From Microbotryum violaceum (lineage: Eukaryota): a stretch of DNA of 64,000 nt. Below are positions 1-13,000 of this stretch, piece by piece. The stretch covers positions 2,232,001-2,296,000 of the forward strand of contig CDLV01000006.1 of NCBI GenBank assembly GCA_001244265.2, in the 5' to 3' direction. A program made the translations under genes and the position numbers. A model generated the notes under the pieces. It was not told the DNA's origin. It made no database searches and worked only from the letters and a program-made list of their open reading frames with translations. Numbering within the stretch: position 1 is the stretch's first letter; the number at the start of each line of letters is the position of its first letter.

Positions 1-1356
1 CGATCGATCCGAGCCACAAATAGCGCGGCCGCGGTGGCGGCGCCTCGAGGGAGCATCCTCAGCGGCACTCCCTATCGTCGTCTGCGCCACCAGAGGAACG
101 GGGTACGGTCACAGCAGGTGCTAGGGACCCTCCGGAGGGTACACCCAGCGGGTAGTACGACGGGGTCGGCGGGTCGAATGAGGCGGGCGCCCAGTCAGCC
201 GAGGTTCAGCGTCAGCGAGCCGCGCTCGTGAGAAGGGGTGGTGGTCGAGGTCGACTTGGACCCGGACGAGTGGAGCGACCACGGCACAGTGTGCAACCGC
301 GGGCCACGCCAAGGGGTCGGGGCAACGGGTGAGCAGTGACCAGGTGGTCGGCACAGCGTGAGATGGTAGGTAGCGAAGAGGTTGCACTGGAAAGGTGGTA
401 GCTACACGTATCGTTGCCGCGGGTGATACATGCACAATCATCTCGGGCCTCGGGGCTCGAAACGGCGCTGGCCAACTGCAAAAGCGCAGCCGCATACACG
501 CGCCGGCCATTGAGCCAATTTCGACTCGCATGGGCGCTGTCGCCCCGTTGCTAAAATAGGGTCTAGAACTACCGAGCGCACGATCCTTCCGGCCCCTTGG
601 CAGGCGAATCGTCGATAACCGAGCGTTCCACCAACGCTACCTTGAGTGAAGGCATTGCCTTCCTCAAGAAATCGGTTCCCATTTTCTCGTTAGGGCCGAG
701 GTAGCCTTGGATGGCCGACGAAGGGTGCACAGGGTAGCAACTTATATTACTTAAGATCAGTGGCCTTCGGGAGCTTTCGGTCGGCGGGAAAGCTTGGCTC
801 GCATTCATGCAAACCGAGATGCTCGATTGGTAGGCATGATAGATGCTTTTAAGGTGACGCCGTTCAATATTGTGCGGTAGCTTATTAATCACTTCGGTAG
901 CCGGCCCTAGCCAGTGATCCCCAGAAGCATGATGCAGCGCGACAACTCGGAGGAATATCTTAGATTGACTTCAATCAATCGAGCGTACGCGTGCGAACCG
1001 CGAGAGTCGACAGGGTTCTTGGTGTACGTGCATATTCAGACCGTACGTGGAGCGATCTGAACAATCCACCACGAAAAGCAAACCAGCTCTAATAGAATAT
1101 CCATTTCCAATCTTGAGCTCGAAAGCGACTCCATGAGCAAACTAACCCCAACCTTCGCCCACCAGTGGGACGAGCTGGAACGTGGACTGAGGCTTTGGTC
1201 ACGTGCCTCGGAGCGCCTGTGACGGACTCGGAGTGATCGCGCACTTTGCGCTGCGACTCCTGACTCCCCAACCTGCAACTCGCTCGACAGCGCTCGAGCC
1301 ACAGCCGTTTCGACTTGCTCTTGACACCTGCTTTACTCGCCCAGCAAAGAGGCTTG

Positions 1357-3540
1357 ATGGAGGCCGTCAGCCCACCCCTGTATTCGTCGACGGCAGCATC
1401 GGTCGCCCCCCCCGCGGTGCTGCTCAACGTCGCCCCTCTGCCGACCCACAACGACTTTCTCCTCGGCCATCTCGGATACGGGCAAGCGTCACTGCAGGGC
1501 GAGGTTCAGGTCAAGTACACGAGCGAGCATGGTCATGGCCAAGCGTCACGGCCGTCCAAGTTGGAGGTGTGCTTCCGTGGCGTCGAGCGACGTTATGGCC
1601 TCGGAGAGATCGAGCTATGCGAGCAGCGCAAGACCTTATGGGGTTGGGGTGCACAGGGTTCCTCCTCAAGCATGGAACAGGGCGACGACGTCCCCCCACC
1701 TTCGACCGTATTCAAATTCGACGTGACGCAGGACCTGCCCCACTGCATCCATCTCGCACAGTCCTCGCTCGAGTACACGCTCACCGCGACGCTCCACTCG
1801 GACGATGCCAGTGTGCCCCCTCTCGTGCAATGCGTCCCCATTCATCTAGCACGAACCTCGCCCCCGGGCCCTCTCTCAAGCGAACTCGTCTCGTCCGCTC
1901 CCGCTCCCGCTTCGGCCGATGGTTCGAGGCCAAGCTTGTCGCCGCACTCCGTCTCGCGCCAAAACCCGATCCATTTCACCGTGCACTTCTCGAGGACGGT
2001 CTTTCGTAGATCAGAACCGATCCAACTCGTCGTCAAGATCCCTGTACCCGATTTTGACGCTGTCACAAAGGGCTTGCGGCTGCGGACGGTCAGCGCCGAG
2101 CTCGTTCGGCGCATTTCCTTGGCAAACGATACCGATGATGACCCTCCTGCGGTGTCAGGCAAGCAGCGCGATCAGGCTGTGTCGACAGCGGTCAAGAACG
2201 GTGACATCGACTCTTTGGAATTCATACAACATCCAAGCTCGAGCGATGCACTGTCAGACCCATCGTATGAATCGACCATGGTCCTCGCTCGATCGGGCAA
2301 GTCGGCCCGCTTTTCACCTACCAGGCCGATCGTCATTCGCTTGCTCTTGCACCCCTCGACGATGCAATTCTGCGAATCCATCACTCAAGTGTGTTCTCTC
2401 GGGGATCATGCCTCGGACTCTCGCTACCGGTCAGGCCATGATATCAGAGCGCTGATATATCGTGTCACTCGCTTCACGCAGTCCACGATCCTCCACCACA
2501 TGAGCTTCTGCGTCATCGTCACCGTCGGGCTCCTCAACAACCGTAGTCAACGAGACGTCACTGTATCGCGCGACGTACACATCGTACCTGACCCACCCAT
2601 GACGTCGACGACTCTGTCCGAGAAACAGCGCCAAGTTGAAGCAGAGGTCGAATCAGTTCCACCAGGGTGGACCCCTACCGAGGGCTCGATCCCATCCTAC
2701 CACGAGTCCGCAGTCGGTGACTTGGCAGTCGGCACGAGTTCAGACTTTAGGGAGGGGCCTTCTCGTGTAGGCTCGACACACGTATTTCCGACAGATCTCA
2801 TCGGCGAAGAGGAGTATGACGGCTACGAAGAGCTCTCGGCTTCGCTCTCGACGCGCGCCCCGCCTCCGACCATCGATGCCGACGTCTCACCCCCTTCTCA
2901 CGACGAAGACGACTCAGACAGTATGCAATCGACGGAAGAAGCTAGTCCGGGCTTTGATGCAACGCCGCTGGCTCCTCCCGACGACTTCGCGGGCGAGTTC
3001 TTCCGACCTGTCGACCCAGCTTTACAGGCATTACGACGACCGCTCGACTCGGACGAGGAGGAGGAAGATCCAGCGTTGATGTACGCAAGTGCGAATTCGG
3101 AAGACGTTGTTTTTCTCGACTTGTCAGGGTCAGCCCCACCATCGAACGGGACCTCGACCCATTCGTCCGCAGCGAACTCTCCCGTATTCCGCGCCGTGCA
3201 AGACGTCTCGGAGCAGATCAACGCGGCCACATTGGACGACGCGAGTCCACCACCTTATGTAGGAGATACGTCTCAAAATCGATCGGACCTCCATGCCCGT
3301 CCTCCATCTTTCGGTACCGAGGTCGCAGTGGCTCGGGGACACAGTCGGTCGACTGGCATCCTCGAGGTCACTGATGGCGGTGGTGGTGGAGGGGTTCATC
3401 GCGACGCTCCTGGTGCTTCGGCCTCCCCTAGCTTGCGACCACCTCCACCTTCGTACACGAGCCACCAGGACGTAGTGCTACGACTGACAGAGCAAGGTGA
3501 CTTAGTGCGCATGGTCAGAGATGTGGAAGGGGTCATTTAG
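1357..3540 (+). CDS. Alpha-arrestin-like (ART) adaptor protein
   Basis: Arrestin-N-like segments (GEVQVKY, LEVCFRG, DLPHCIH..SLEYTLTATL), an acidic disordered tail and several PY motifs (PPLY, PPPY, PPPPSY). Likely in-frame intron 2389-2481 (GTGTGT..GCTGAT..CAG). Confidence 0.7.
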   Translation: MEAVSPPLYSSTAASVAPPAVLLNVAPLPTHNDFLLGHLGYGQASLQGEVQVKYTSEHGHGQASRPSKLEVCFRGVERRYGLGEIELCEQRKTLWGWGAQGSSSSMEQGDDVPPPSTVFKFDVTQDLPHCIHLAQSSLEYTLTATLHSDDASVPPLVQCVPIHLARTSPPGPLSSELVSSAPAPASADGSRPSLSPHSVSRQNPIHFTVHFSRTVFRRSEPIQLVVKIPVPDFDAVTKGLRLRTVSAELVRRISLANDTDDDPPAVSGKQRDQAVSTAVKNGDIDSLEFIQHPSSSDALSDPSYESTMVLARSGKSARFSPTRPIVIRLLLHPSTMQFCESITQVCSLGDHASDSRYRSGHDIRALIYRVTRFTQSTILHHMSFCVIVTVGLLNNRSQRDVTVSRDVHIVPDPPMTSTTLSEKQRQVEAEVESVPPGWTPTEGSIPSYHESAVGDLAVGTSSDFREGPSRVGSTHVFPTDLIGEEEYDGYEELSASLSTRAPPPTIDADVSPPSHDEDDSDSMQSTEEASPGFDATPLAPPDDFAGEFFRPVDPALQALRRPLDSDEEEEDPALMYASANSEDVVFLDLSGSAPPSNGTSTHSSAANSPVFRAVQDVSEQINAATLDDASPPPYVGDTSQNRSDLHARPPSFGTEVAVARGHSRSTGILEVTDGGGGGGVHRDAPGASASPSLRPPPPSYTSHQDVVLRLTEQGDLVRMVRDVEGVI

Positions 3541-3640
3541 TTGACTCGAGCTGGGGTGTACTGAAGAGTCGTAATAGTGTTTGTGCATTCTGCCGAAAGA
3601 GACTGTGCAATTGTGAGCTATGACTGTCCTTGCACTCACC

Positions 3641-3724
3641 TGTGACTCAGTCATCTGTGACTCAGTCATCTGTGACTCAGTCATCTGTGACTCAGTCATC
3701 TGTGACTCAGTCATCTGTGACTCG
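3641..3724. repeat. 15-bp tandem repeat (TGTGACTCAGTCATC) x5 plus a partial copy
   Basis: Five perfect copies at 3641-3715 and a partial sixth, read directly. Confidence 0.97.
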
Positions 3725-3871
3725 GATTTCGGGCCGGGAGCCGGGACCGAGGCTGACTAGATGCACATACCCGAGTCCAACTCGTGCTCGCTCCTACAGT
3801 GCGCTGCTCGGCTTGGCTTTCTTAGCAAGTGCTCTCGATCGCTGCTCTGTCCAGATAACTGGATTCTGCCG

Positions 3872-4933
3872 ATGGCGTCCAACGAGTATTACGATGTCCA
3901 GGATTTCCTGGCTGATGGCCAGGTCAGCACTCCCCTCTTGAAGTCCTCGTAGCGTGTCGTCATGCGCGGCCGAACCTCTTACGCCTACCCTTACTCTTTT
4001 GCTGCTCCACCAGAAAGTATCATGTCGATTCGAATCCGACGTGTCCAACCTTGGCTATTTGGAAGGCTCCACCGACCAAGATGTAAGCCATGAATCCTCT
4101 ATGGTGTCGACGATGCCGCTCGCTGACATGAGGAGCCGGGGCTTCACTGGGCTTCACTGTAGATCAAAGCCGGGACAACTCTCGAGCTCCCATTGTGGCT
4201 AGCCTTACCTATCGAGTGGGTTTCTCTCGGATGCCGAGCGGTCAGCTGATTCTGGATCCCGAGCTAACGCTGCAATGCCATGGCTCGAACTCGTCTTCGC
4301 GCAGGGGCTTCGCCTCGATCCTGCTTCCCTCGGCGTACGGCATAAGGACACGCAATGCTCTGGCCGCTTCCGCCAACTCGGTCAACCTGAAGAACCTGGG
4401 AGGTGGAGGTGGCTCCTTCTATGCTGTGGGTCACAAGATTGGTTCCATGTGCGTACCGGGTACAGTGCCGTCACGGGTTCGGCTGGCGTGTCACGTCGCG
4501 TCGCGCTGCGGTGCGACGCGTCGTTCGATATCACGTCACGTGACCAAAACTCGCGAGCCTGTGAACCTGATCTCGGCGTTTGCTCCAACGTCTCCGTTCG
4601 GCATTAAACAGAATCGAAGGGGATGCGATCCAAAAAGCACTCGATGACTCGTTCAGAACTCGCGTTAAGGAAGTGATGGATCAGAGCCAACACACTTCGG
4701 CCGACTCGGGAGGCGAAGGCGCAGCGTACAAATTTTGTCAAGGGCTCGATGGATGGGAGCGCCAATGTGGGTCGCACCATCGTATTTAAAAGTTTGATCA
4801 TCAGTCAGCTAATCGTTGGACGATACGCTTCCCGCGCACAGTGTTCCTTTTGGGAGAACAATCCGCTAAGGAGATGCGGGCCTGGTTCGCGGTCAAGGGC
4901 ATGACGGGCTCAAGTGGGACTTCGGGCAGGTAG
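3872..4933 (+). CDS. PSF3: GINS complex subunit Psf3 (multi-exon)
   Basis: Exons give MASNEYYDVQDFLADGQ / KVSCRFESDVSNLGYLEG / TLELPLWLA / RNALAASANSVNLKNL / GLDGWERQLF..KEMRAW, typical of Psf3; stop TAG 4931-4933. Confidence 0.9.
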
Positions 4934-5209
4934 ACGGCGAGATTCGAGAGTATGTGCGAGGGCGTAAAGCGATGGTGTTGTACAGCATTGGTTTTTGAAC
5001 TGCATTATATTCGTTGCGTGGCATCCCTCGTTCGTTGCACTGTGATGTACACGGGCTCCCTGGAGGCTGGCGGACTCGGTTCACAGGAAGCCTGCCTCGC
5101 CGTTATCCTGTTGATGATGAGTGCGTGGCTCTCGGGCCAAGCTGGTGCGGGGCAATCGCCCTCTCTTGCCGTCAGAATCGTCATTATCGTCTTCCTCCCA
5201 ATCCTCGTC

Positions 5210-5689
5210 TCACTCGACTTTGACTTTGGACCCGTCCTGCAGCGTCTTTACCCGTTCCTCGTTCTCTCGTTCCAACTTCATCTTTTCCTCGACGTCCCTG
5301 ATCTGAACCAGGAACCTTAGTGAGCCCAGCCAAACCCGGGATCATCATCGATCGATAACAAGGTACCATGACGTCAGCTCGGCGAGTCCCCACTCTCGCA
5401 CATGACCCTCGTCATCGATAGGCTTTCATCGACCAACTGACCATCGAATACTAGCGTACAGCCCCAAACTGAGCACCAACAAAGCAACAACATGGATATT
5501 CCCTCCCGTCAGAACGACCATCCCGAAGAGGGTGACGAAGAGCGCGTAGAACGAATACGACATGGCCTGCACGAGGCCTGAGTTGGTGCCCGGCTCGAAG
5601 ATGGAGGCGATCACGTCTTGTAGCATCGAGCGGGGCTCGTTCGGGGTGGGATGTGTAGCGGTAGAGGGTGGCGTTTTCATTGATGACAT
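5210..5689 (-). CDS. PKR1: ER V-ATPase assembly factor Pkr1
   Basis: IASIFEPGTNSGL..SFYALFVTL..NIHVVALLVLSLGLYASIRW|FLVQI; two TM segments; one intron of about 5316-5441. Confidence 0.85.
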
Positions 5690-6039
5690 GATTGTAGCGT
5701 ATAATGGGCGGGTAGAGGGGTACGATGATGATGAGCGGGGGAAAGGAGCTAGATTAAGCACCGTTTGCGAAGCGTCCGGTTCGTGCAGCTGATCGGTGTG
5801 GGGTGAGATGTTCAGGTTATTCAATCAGTTCTGGGTCCAGCACCATGATTACAGTAGGGCGGACGATGTGAATTAACTGCGCGCCTATAGTACCTAATCA
5901 AATCATCTATCGGGTGTGAAGTACATTTTCCGGATATCTTCACCTACTCAAGCATTACCCTCACGTGCTTCAGCAGGCGCCGGTCCCGATTTGGGAGTCA
6001 TGAGAGTCGAGATCGTGGAAGGGTTTTCCGAGGGCCAAG

Positions 6040-7926
6040 TCAAGTTGGAGCAGGACGGAATAGCGAAGCTAGATTGTTTGTGAAAGGCATGCAAAGTGTG
6101 AGCCATAATACACTGACAACTCACCAGGTGAAGGATCCAATGCACTGACCACCCTTGAGTTTCTGGCCGGGCTGACCTCCTCCGCCAGTTCCACCGCGAG
6201 GCGAGGGCAACGGTTGTCCAAGGAACTGAGGCAAATTCTCTTCCCCTGCTCGACTTCTAGTGCCATCCATCTTGTGCTGTCCTGCTTCTCTTGCTGAGTT
6301 TTGGCCCTGGAACGTCTGAACAAAGTGATCCTGCTTCCCTCCACCGTCGGACCCCGTCGAGCCGGAGCCCGTGCTGTGATTCGTCCCCCGCCTTAGACCT
6401 TTAATCGCAGCTCCGTGGCGTTGTTGAGGAGCGTGCCTAGAGTTGTGGAGCTGGGTATGATCCCCTTGGAAAGTGTTACGCGGGCGTTGGACCGAGTCGC
6501 CGGGATTGTAAGCAAAAGGCACACCCCCTGCGCCAGCATCCCCACTTCCCAGCTTCTGCGCATTTCTGGCGTACTGATTACGCTGAGCACTCGCGGACCA
6601 ACCGCGATCCGGTTGGGAGATGATACTTGAGCTGCTGTGGGAACGAGCTGGCGTTGCCGTGCCTGCGTCTTGAATCGAGGCGAAGGGTTGACGAGCCCCT
6701 GACGTGTTGCCCGCGATCGCCGCTGCGGCAGCTTCGAACGTGTTTGAAGGATGTCGTTCACTCGACGGCAGAAGGTTGCGTTGCTTCTCTTTGTCGTATT
6801 GAGCCTGAAAGGGTAGAGTGTGATACGATATAAAATTGATTCTTCAACCCTTCTCGGTGGCCTGGGGCTGGCTATTCGCACCTTGAGCTTATTGTAGGCT
6901 TTGGCATTGGCTTTGTGGGTCTCGTGCAAGTCTCGGATACGACGACGTTCCAACTCGAGGTCCCTTTCGGTCTCTACTCGATGAATAGATAGCAGTAGAA
7001 GCATCACTAAATAAATACAGCACTGTTTGCTTCGGCTCAAGACATTACATACCGGCGACTTTCTCCTTCAGAAGTGTGATCTCAGAGTTGGCATCACGCA
7101 TGATGGATGACATCTGATTCTCAAGCACTGCAATTCTCTTTCAACAACAGTCGAAGATTCTAGGTCAGTTCATGATGTCCTACAGCGACGAGTCGGTGAC
7201 CGAGTGAGTTGGAGTGTTTCGGCGATCTCACCTCCTGAGTGTTGCGGGTGACGAGCGCCTGGAAGGCCGCCTCTTGCTGCGTCTGATAGGTGTGGAAGTT
7301 GAGTGCACGAGAAGCGACGTCGAGGATGATGCTGGGGTGGAGACCCGAGAGGACGGAGGTCTTGTAGCTGTCGGGTGGGTTGAGGGTTGTTTGTACGACG
7401 TCGTCGGCATCGGGCAGCGCCGTGTCGCACGCCGGGCAGATCTGGGGCACCGAAAAAAGCGAGTTGGCGCATTCGACGCAAAAGATGTGAGAGCTGAAAG
7501 AGTCACATCGCGTGAGGTGAAGTCTACAGTCTTTCGAGCTAAAGATATGGACGGCGCCTACCAAGTTGTGACGACGGCGCTTTGGTGAAGGGTCGACGCG
7601 TGAATGATGTCACGGCCATGGCGCGATCAGACGAGAGCGCGGCGAGGATCGCGGTTGTGGGAGTGATGAGCGAGCGAGTCATCAACACTCGGGTCTTTAC
7701 CCTAGACCAATACCACTAACGATTCATCGTACTCACGTTCCCTGCACGAGTAAATCAGAGGGATATTGGTATCGAGCTCGATCAATAAGCAGGCATCGAA
7801 GTGGAGGCGACGACTTTCGCTCCCGAGTCATGCCCGAGCGCAGTCAGCGTGCAGTGAGGGCCAGGGACGAACCTCAAGTTGCAGTGACTTGCGACACCTG
7901 AGACTGTTGCACTTGATGTCGTCCAT
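6040..7926 (-). CDS. HEI10: HEI10/CCNB1IP1-like meiotic RING E3 ligase (multi-exon)
   Basis: MDDIKCNSLRCRK..VVTT..SHIFCVECAN..CPAC..LNPPDSYKTSVLSGLHPSII..RALNF..YQ, then a coiled coil and a disordered tail. The 3' end is inferred from a probable last intron. Confidence 0.82.
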
Positions 7927-8824
7927 GGTCGAGGACTGGTGGAAAGAGCTCAGCCGCAGGAATATGTGGGGGGACGTCGGCGTTAAGTAAACATGCGTAG
8001 CACCCGGGCCCCAACTTGCTGCGAAGGGTGGTACGCAGTGTGGGGCGCCTCTCCAGGAACTGCGGTGGCACGGACCAATTCTGACATCGAGTCGGTGCTC
8101 GTCGCGGTCTGACTCGTGCAGGGCTCGAATGTTCGGCCCACCATAACCCACTGACGAATTCCCCCAGCGTAGTCACTGTCTACCTACCTTTGACTCCGAG
8201 TCCAGCCAAGGAGCACTGCGAGGGATTAGTGACCCGCACTTAAAAATGATGGCGCTTCGTCAGGTCCAGACACAGAGATCTCTAGATGTTGAAGCACCTT
8301 GGCACTCTCTCGTGTTCTCGGTGCATTGTGGTGTCGGTGTTTTCGGATATTTCATTAGCATGCCTATCCGCGTCAAAGTGGACAGCTAAAGACGCTGTTT
8401 GGGCTCGCTCGGCGCTCAGGAAGATCTCGAAGCTTTCCACGCTCATTGTTCAAGCTCAAGCGCGCATCCGTGCATTCTAGTCCTGACTCAGCGTCAGCCG
8501 ACCTTAGCCTTCTGGATCAATCTTTCCACACAGTTCTGCATGATAACTTGATGGGCGCGTCTGAATTCATGCGCTCATGCGCTGTTACCTTCGAGAGGCT
8601 GGTTCAGGCGGTGGGCCGATGGCAGACCGTATCAGTCTGAGCTCCTCCAACAGGCACCCGTTTCGGGCTACTATGGATGCAAACGTCATGGCGGCGTATC
8701 GAGCTGCAGTCATACATACGTTCTTGAAATAGGCTCCTAGGTACCGACATGAGACTCGGCACTTAGGTATAACGGTCCTCGCGGCTGGGGAGACCTTCTA
8801 CTAGGCGGGGCTAGACGTTGGGGA

Positions 8825-8868
8825 CGAGGGAGAGACGAGGTGCGAGGGAGAGACGAGGTGCGAGGGAG
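8825..8868. repeat. 18-bp tandem repeat (CGAGGGAGAGACGAGGTG) x2.4
   Basis: Read directly. Confidence 0.85.
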
Positions 8869-10079
8869 TCTCGAGTGGGAGATCAGGTTAGGACCGTGAA
8901 GCAACGGAAGTGGGTCAAGGTGGTGGCTCTCGAGATTGATTATGATTGTGGGATCAAGGACGATGTTGCTTGCAGGAAGCAAAGGAACATCTACAAATGG
9001 GCCGACTTTTATAGTAAAATCCGTGGAAGGGTATCGAAAGTTATGGAACTATTTCAAAAGTAGAAGGGAATAGAAGCGAATAGAAGCGCAAATAAAAAAT
9101 CAAAAAATCGAATGAAAGCAAGAGAATGAGGCTGACGCTCGAGATCCATCGTTGAGGAATGGAAGCCGACGGACGCCGATGGAACGGCCAAGGAGCGCGA
9201 CGATGGAATCAAATCGAAGGAGAACGTGGAAGAGAATGGAACCGATTCGAAGCTTTGACGGGTGATCGTAACACTAGGGACAGGGATGTGAATAGTTCGG
9301 CGGGAACGTCGCCGACGACTAGTGCAGGTCGCTACAGCTCGCACACGGTCCAAATTGATCTGAGAGCCTGGCGGTTGCGCTTCAGACTTAGTAGTAGTCG
9401 GCGCCAAAGCGGCCAGCTAATTTAGCTTGTCGCGACTCGCGACCGAGAGCAAGAGTCCCTCGCCGGACTCCCGCGCCTCTGGTTCCCATGTACACCTCCA
9501 CATGGCGTTGAGTTCACGCACAGCACAGGTCACGTATTAGTCAGAAACCTATAGAAGAGGAAGGTAAGGTGTCAATCATTTGAGCATACCAAAAGATCAC
9601 CTTACCCTTACAGTCCCATATCGTGGTTAATTTAAAGAAGGAAGTAAGCTCGTATTGTGATCGCGGTCAGGCACGCTTGGCCGCTCACAGGGGCAAGCGC
9701 AGCTCATACTCGGAGTCTCACTCGGCAGTGGAGACGCACGAAACACGACATCGGACGCGTTGGTGCCTCTCTCTAGGTCTGTATCGGATTGCTCTAGGTA
9801 GGTAAATTTTGAGCCCCAGGAAGTCATAGCGGCGCGAGTGATGGGAGTCGGACATTAAAACTGCTGCCGGTCGGGTCGTGCGGAGCGCGGATTGCCTCGA
9901 TGATAGTCGGCATCGTGTTCCATACCTCAAGTGCCTGCTGCTTTGGATTCACTCGCTTGTCGACTTGCCGACCCCGTCCCACTCGCTACTGTGCAGTCAT
10001 TTTCTGGCGAACGCAGAGCCTCGTGCTTTGGGGCTTCGTGCACGAGTTGAGGATCATGCGCTTCTCCCTTACCCAGAGC

Positions 10080-13000
10080 ATGCCGAAGTCGATGGTCGCG
10101 TCAACCTCCATAGTCTCGGCTCCGGATTCAAGCTCGAGCTCGACGTCGCGTCCTTCCCACGGCAACGATATCTCGTGGTCTGGCACCGAACGACCGTCGC
10201 TCCCACGGTTGAAGAGGAGTGTTAGCTTCAATCGAGACCTGGATCCGAGCTTGTTCACGTCGAATGATGATTCCCCTCTTGCATCGACGTCTCTGTCGTC
10301 CTCGATCGGTACCTCGCGACGACCGTCTGCCAAGCGCCAGCGCAACCGGCAGCAATTGTCGTGCGTTGCTTGCCACCTCAGGAAGCAGGCTTGCGACAAG
10401 GTGGTACCGTGTTCAAGGTGTATCAAGGTGCGTTGTTTACTCTCTGCTTTCATTCTGCTTGGGCCGAGCAGTTGGTGCCCTCAATCACGATGCTGCAGCC
10501 AGCTTGCGGGGTCGCTGTGGCTCGACCCGAAACTCGGCGCGGCCGGACTTGGGCGGGGGGGTTCTTTGATTGCCCCAGGCCATCACCGAGCCTGCATACC
10601 CCGATAGTCGTGGCGCACCTCCCGAAACGCGGTCGATCCATCCCTCGACGTTGAGTCCCTCGTCAATGCTGCCCTCCCCGTCCGGTATGCATGCGGCCGC
10701 AGGAGGACTTTCGAGTTTTCGGCTCGGACCTCGTTGATCCGAGACGGGGTCTCGCTCGAAAAAGTGGGTAAGCCCACCGTCTCACAAGAGGCCCTGGCCG
10801 CATATTGGTGTGCCCGGCCACGTCAGAGCGATCCTTCGTTCGCCGTTGGGCTAAGCGATGTTCGACTACCTTGGAGCTTCCTTCGAGATACGCCATCTTC
10901 ATCGACGCGCCCACTGACGCGCTCTCCCTTCCTTGTGTTGCAGAGGGGTGTCGCACACGAATGCCGAATCGAAGGCAGGCGCAACTCTCCGCTGCGCAGT
11001 CCCGGGGACCACAGTGACAGATCCACGCCACGCTTGTCACCGGCGGCAAGGTACGTGGTCACACTCATGCGCTGAGAGTTTCCTAGGTAAAGCTATTTGC
11101 GAGGTATTTTCCTTGCAACCGGGCGACATAGGGGTTATCTTGGCCGCGCTTGCCCAAGCCGCAGTCCCCAGCTTGGCCAGACTCGATCTCGGTGCGATGA
11201 CTGACGACCACTTTTATTTCATTCTCCTCAATCTAGCCCGCGCCGAGAATCCCCTCCGCATCCAGCGTAAGGCTAGCTCCTTTTATTGGAGTACTACACG
11301 GTAGTTTTGAGTCGCTTACTACCCTTGACTCGATCCCCCTTTCTGGTCACAGTGCAACCGTCGCCAGCGGCGCGCGCGCTGAAGGCCCGGAGGTAGCGCG
11401 GCTGCCCCTTTCGCTTTCCTCGTCCAATTTAGTGGTTGCAGGGGTGCCCGGGGCATCCCATACTGCGGCGTATGAAGCTGCAAGAGCACTAGGACAACTG
11501 GGTCGCACGTATGGCGAACGATTCTCATGATCTGGCGCCGCTGGCTTCCTACGCCTATCAGCCATTTCGCAGCCCTAGCAGCATACCTTTACTCATCCAA
11601 CGCAACTCGAGCGATACCCTCCCGCCTCTCCGACAGTGTCAAATACCACAAAGACCTACAAGACTTCAGCACTCGACAGAGCCCCACGTAACGGACCTGG
11701 TGGCAGCTTTACCGTCTCGGCAGCTCGCCGATTTTCTTTTGGACTGGTTCTTCTCGCCCACGATCTACCGACTCGTCGGACAATTTTGTATCACTCGTAA
11801 GGACAGCTTCATGCACGATTGTCCAGCCGTACTCAACTGGAGAGACACTATCACTGCTCCCTCGACCGTCGGCGGCTCGTCTCCGCCTCCGACCACCCTT
11901 TCGTTCATCTCGCTGCTCAATATCGTCCTGGCGACAGGGCTACAGTACCTGACCGACAAAGACACAATCTACGTAAGTCGCTTGACGGCCGATTATCGCG
12001 TCCTGGAGTCGTCTTTGCGTTTGCATTCGAAGATGGCGAGCGACCTCAGCGAGGCCGAGGAGCCACCCGATTTGAACCGCGTCGAGGCGATCATGCTACA
12101 AGCCCTCTACTTCCAGAATTGCAGTGAGTCACGGATGCCGCTCGATCGATTCGACAGTCGTTATTTTTTCCATTCGTCCGTGCGACTGAATCTGACGGCG
12201 GTTGCTTTCACCAGGCCGGCCCAATATCGCGCACAATCTCGCTTCGCTCGGGGTTCGCACGGCTCAAGCTTTGGTGAGCTTTGCCTAGATTCTGGTCAGC
12301 ATTTGTTGTCATGAGAAGTTGTTCTCACCAGCATTTTCAACTTCAGGGGATGCACCATGAGCCCTCCCGGAGTCAGAGCTTGCTGCCTTACGAGGCCGAG
12401 TTGCGCAGGCGATGTGAGCTTGTTGAAGAGTTGTGGCGGACACTTTCAGAAATTGACGCAGCTCGAAGTTTTTGGCCTCTCGTACTTGCTTCTAGTGTGG
12501 TGGAGCATATACTGTCATGATCGACGCAACAGCATCACGCTAGGACGACCGTATAGTAAGGCGCAAGGCGCTATCACTGGCCGGTTCCTGCTTCTCACGA
12601 CTTACGCCGTGAGACTCTTTCTCCGCAGTCATTCACGATCGACACTGCGACGTCAATGTTACGGCGAACGCCGATCTCGATGGACTGAGTCCATTGCATC
12701 CAGCTCCAATCCGATCACGACCTCTGACGGAGTACACAAAAGCCTTGGTTGAAATCATTGCCATCGAACTCGGTCGGCTCGGCGGAGGCATTACGGACTA
12801 TATGCAGTCGTCTCGGCCCCACACTTATATCGACATTCTCGCCCTCGACGACATGTTCGTCGCTTTCGAATCGAACCTGCCCCCTCACTTTGACATGAGC
12901 CAGCATGCGACCCCTGTCAAACAAGATGGGGCTTTCCTCAACTTCAGTATTCTCGCATATCGCATTCAGATGCATCGTCGGTATCTGCTCAGGAGGGTCC

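Noticed and set aside
1-1300. Short ORFs at the left end
   Set aside because: No recognisable domain or consistent exon structure; cannot be called.
3641-3724. CRISPR array
   Set aside because: Head-to-tail identical units with no spacers, eukaryotic context and no cas genes.
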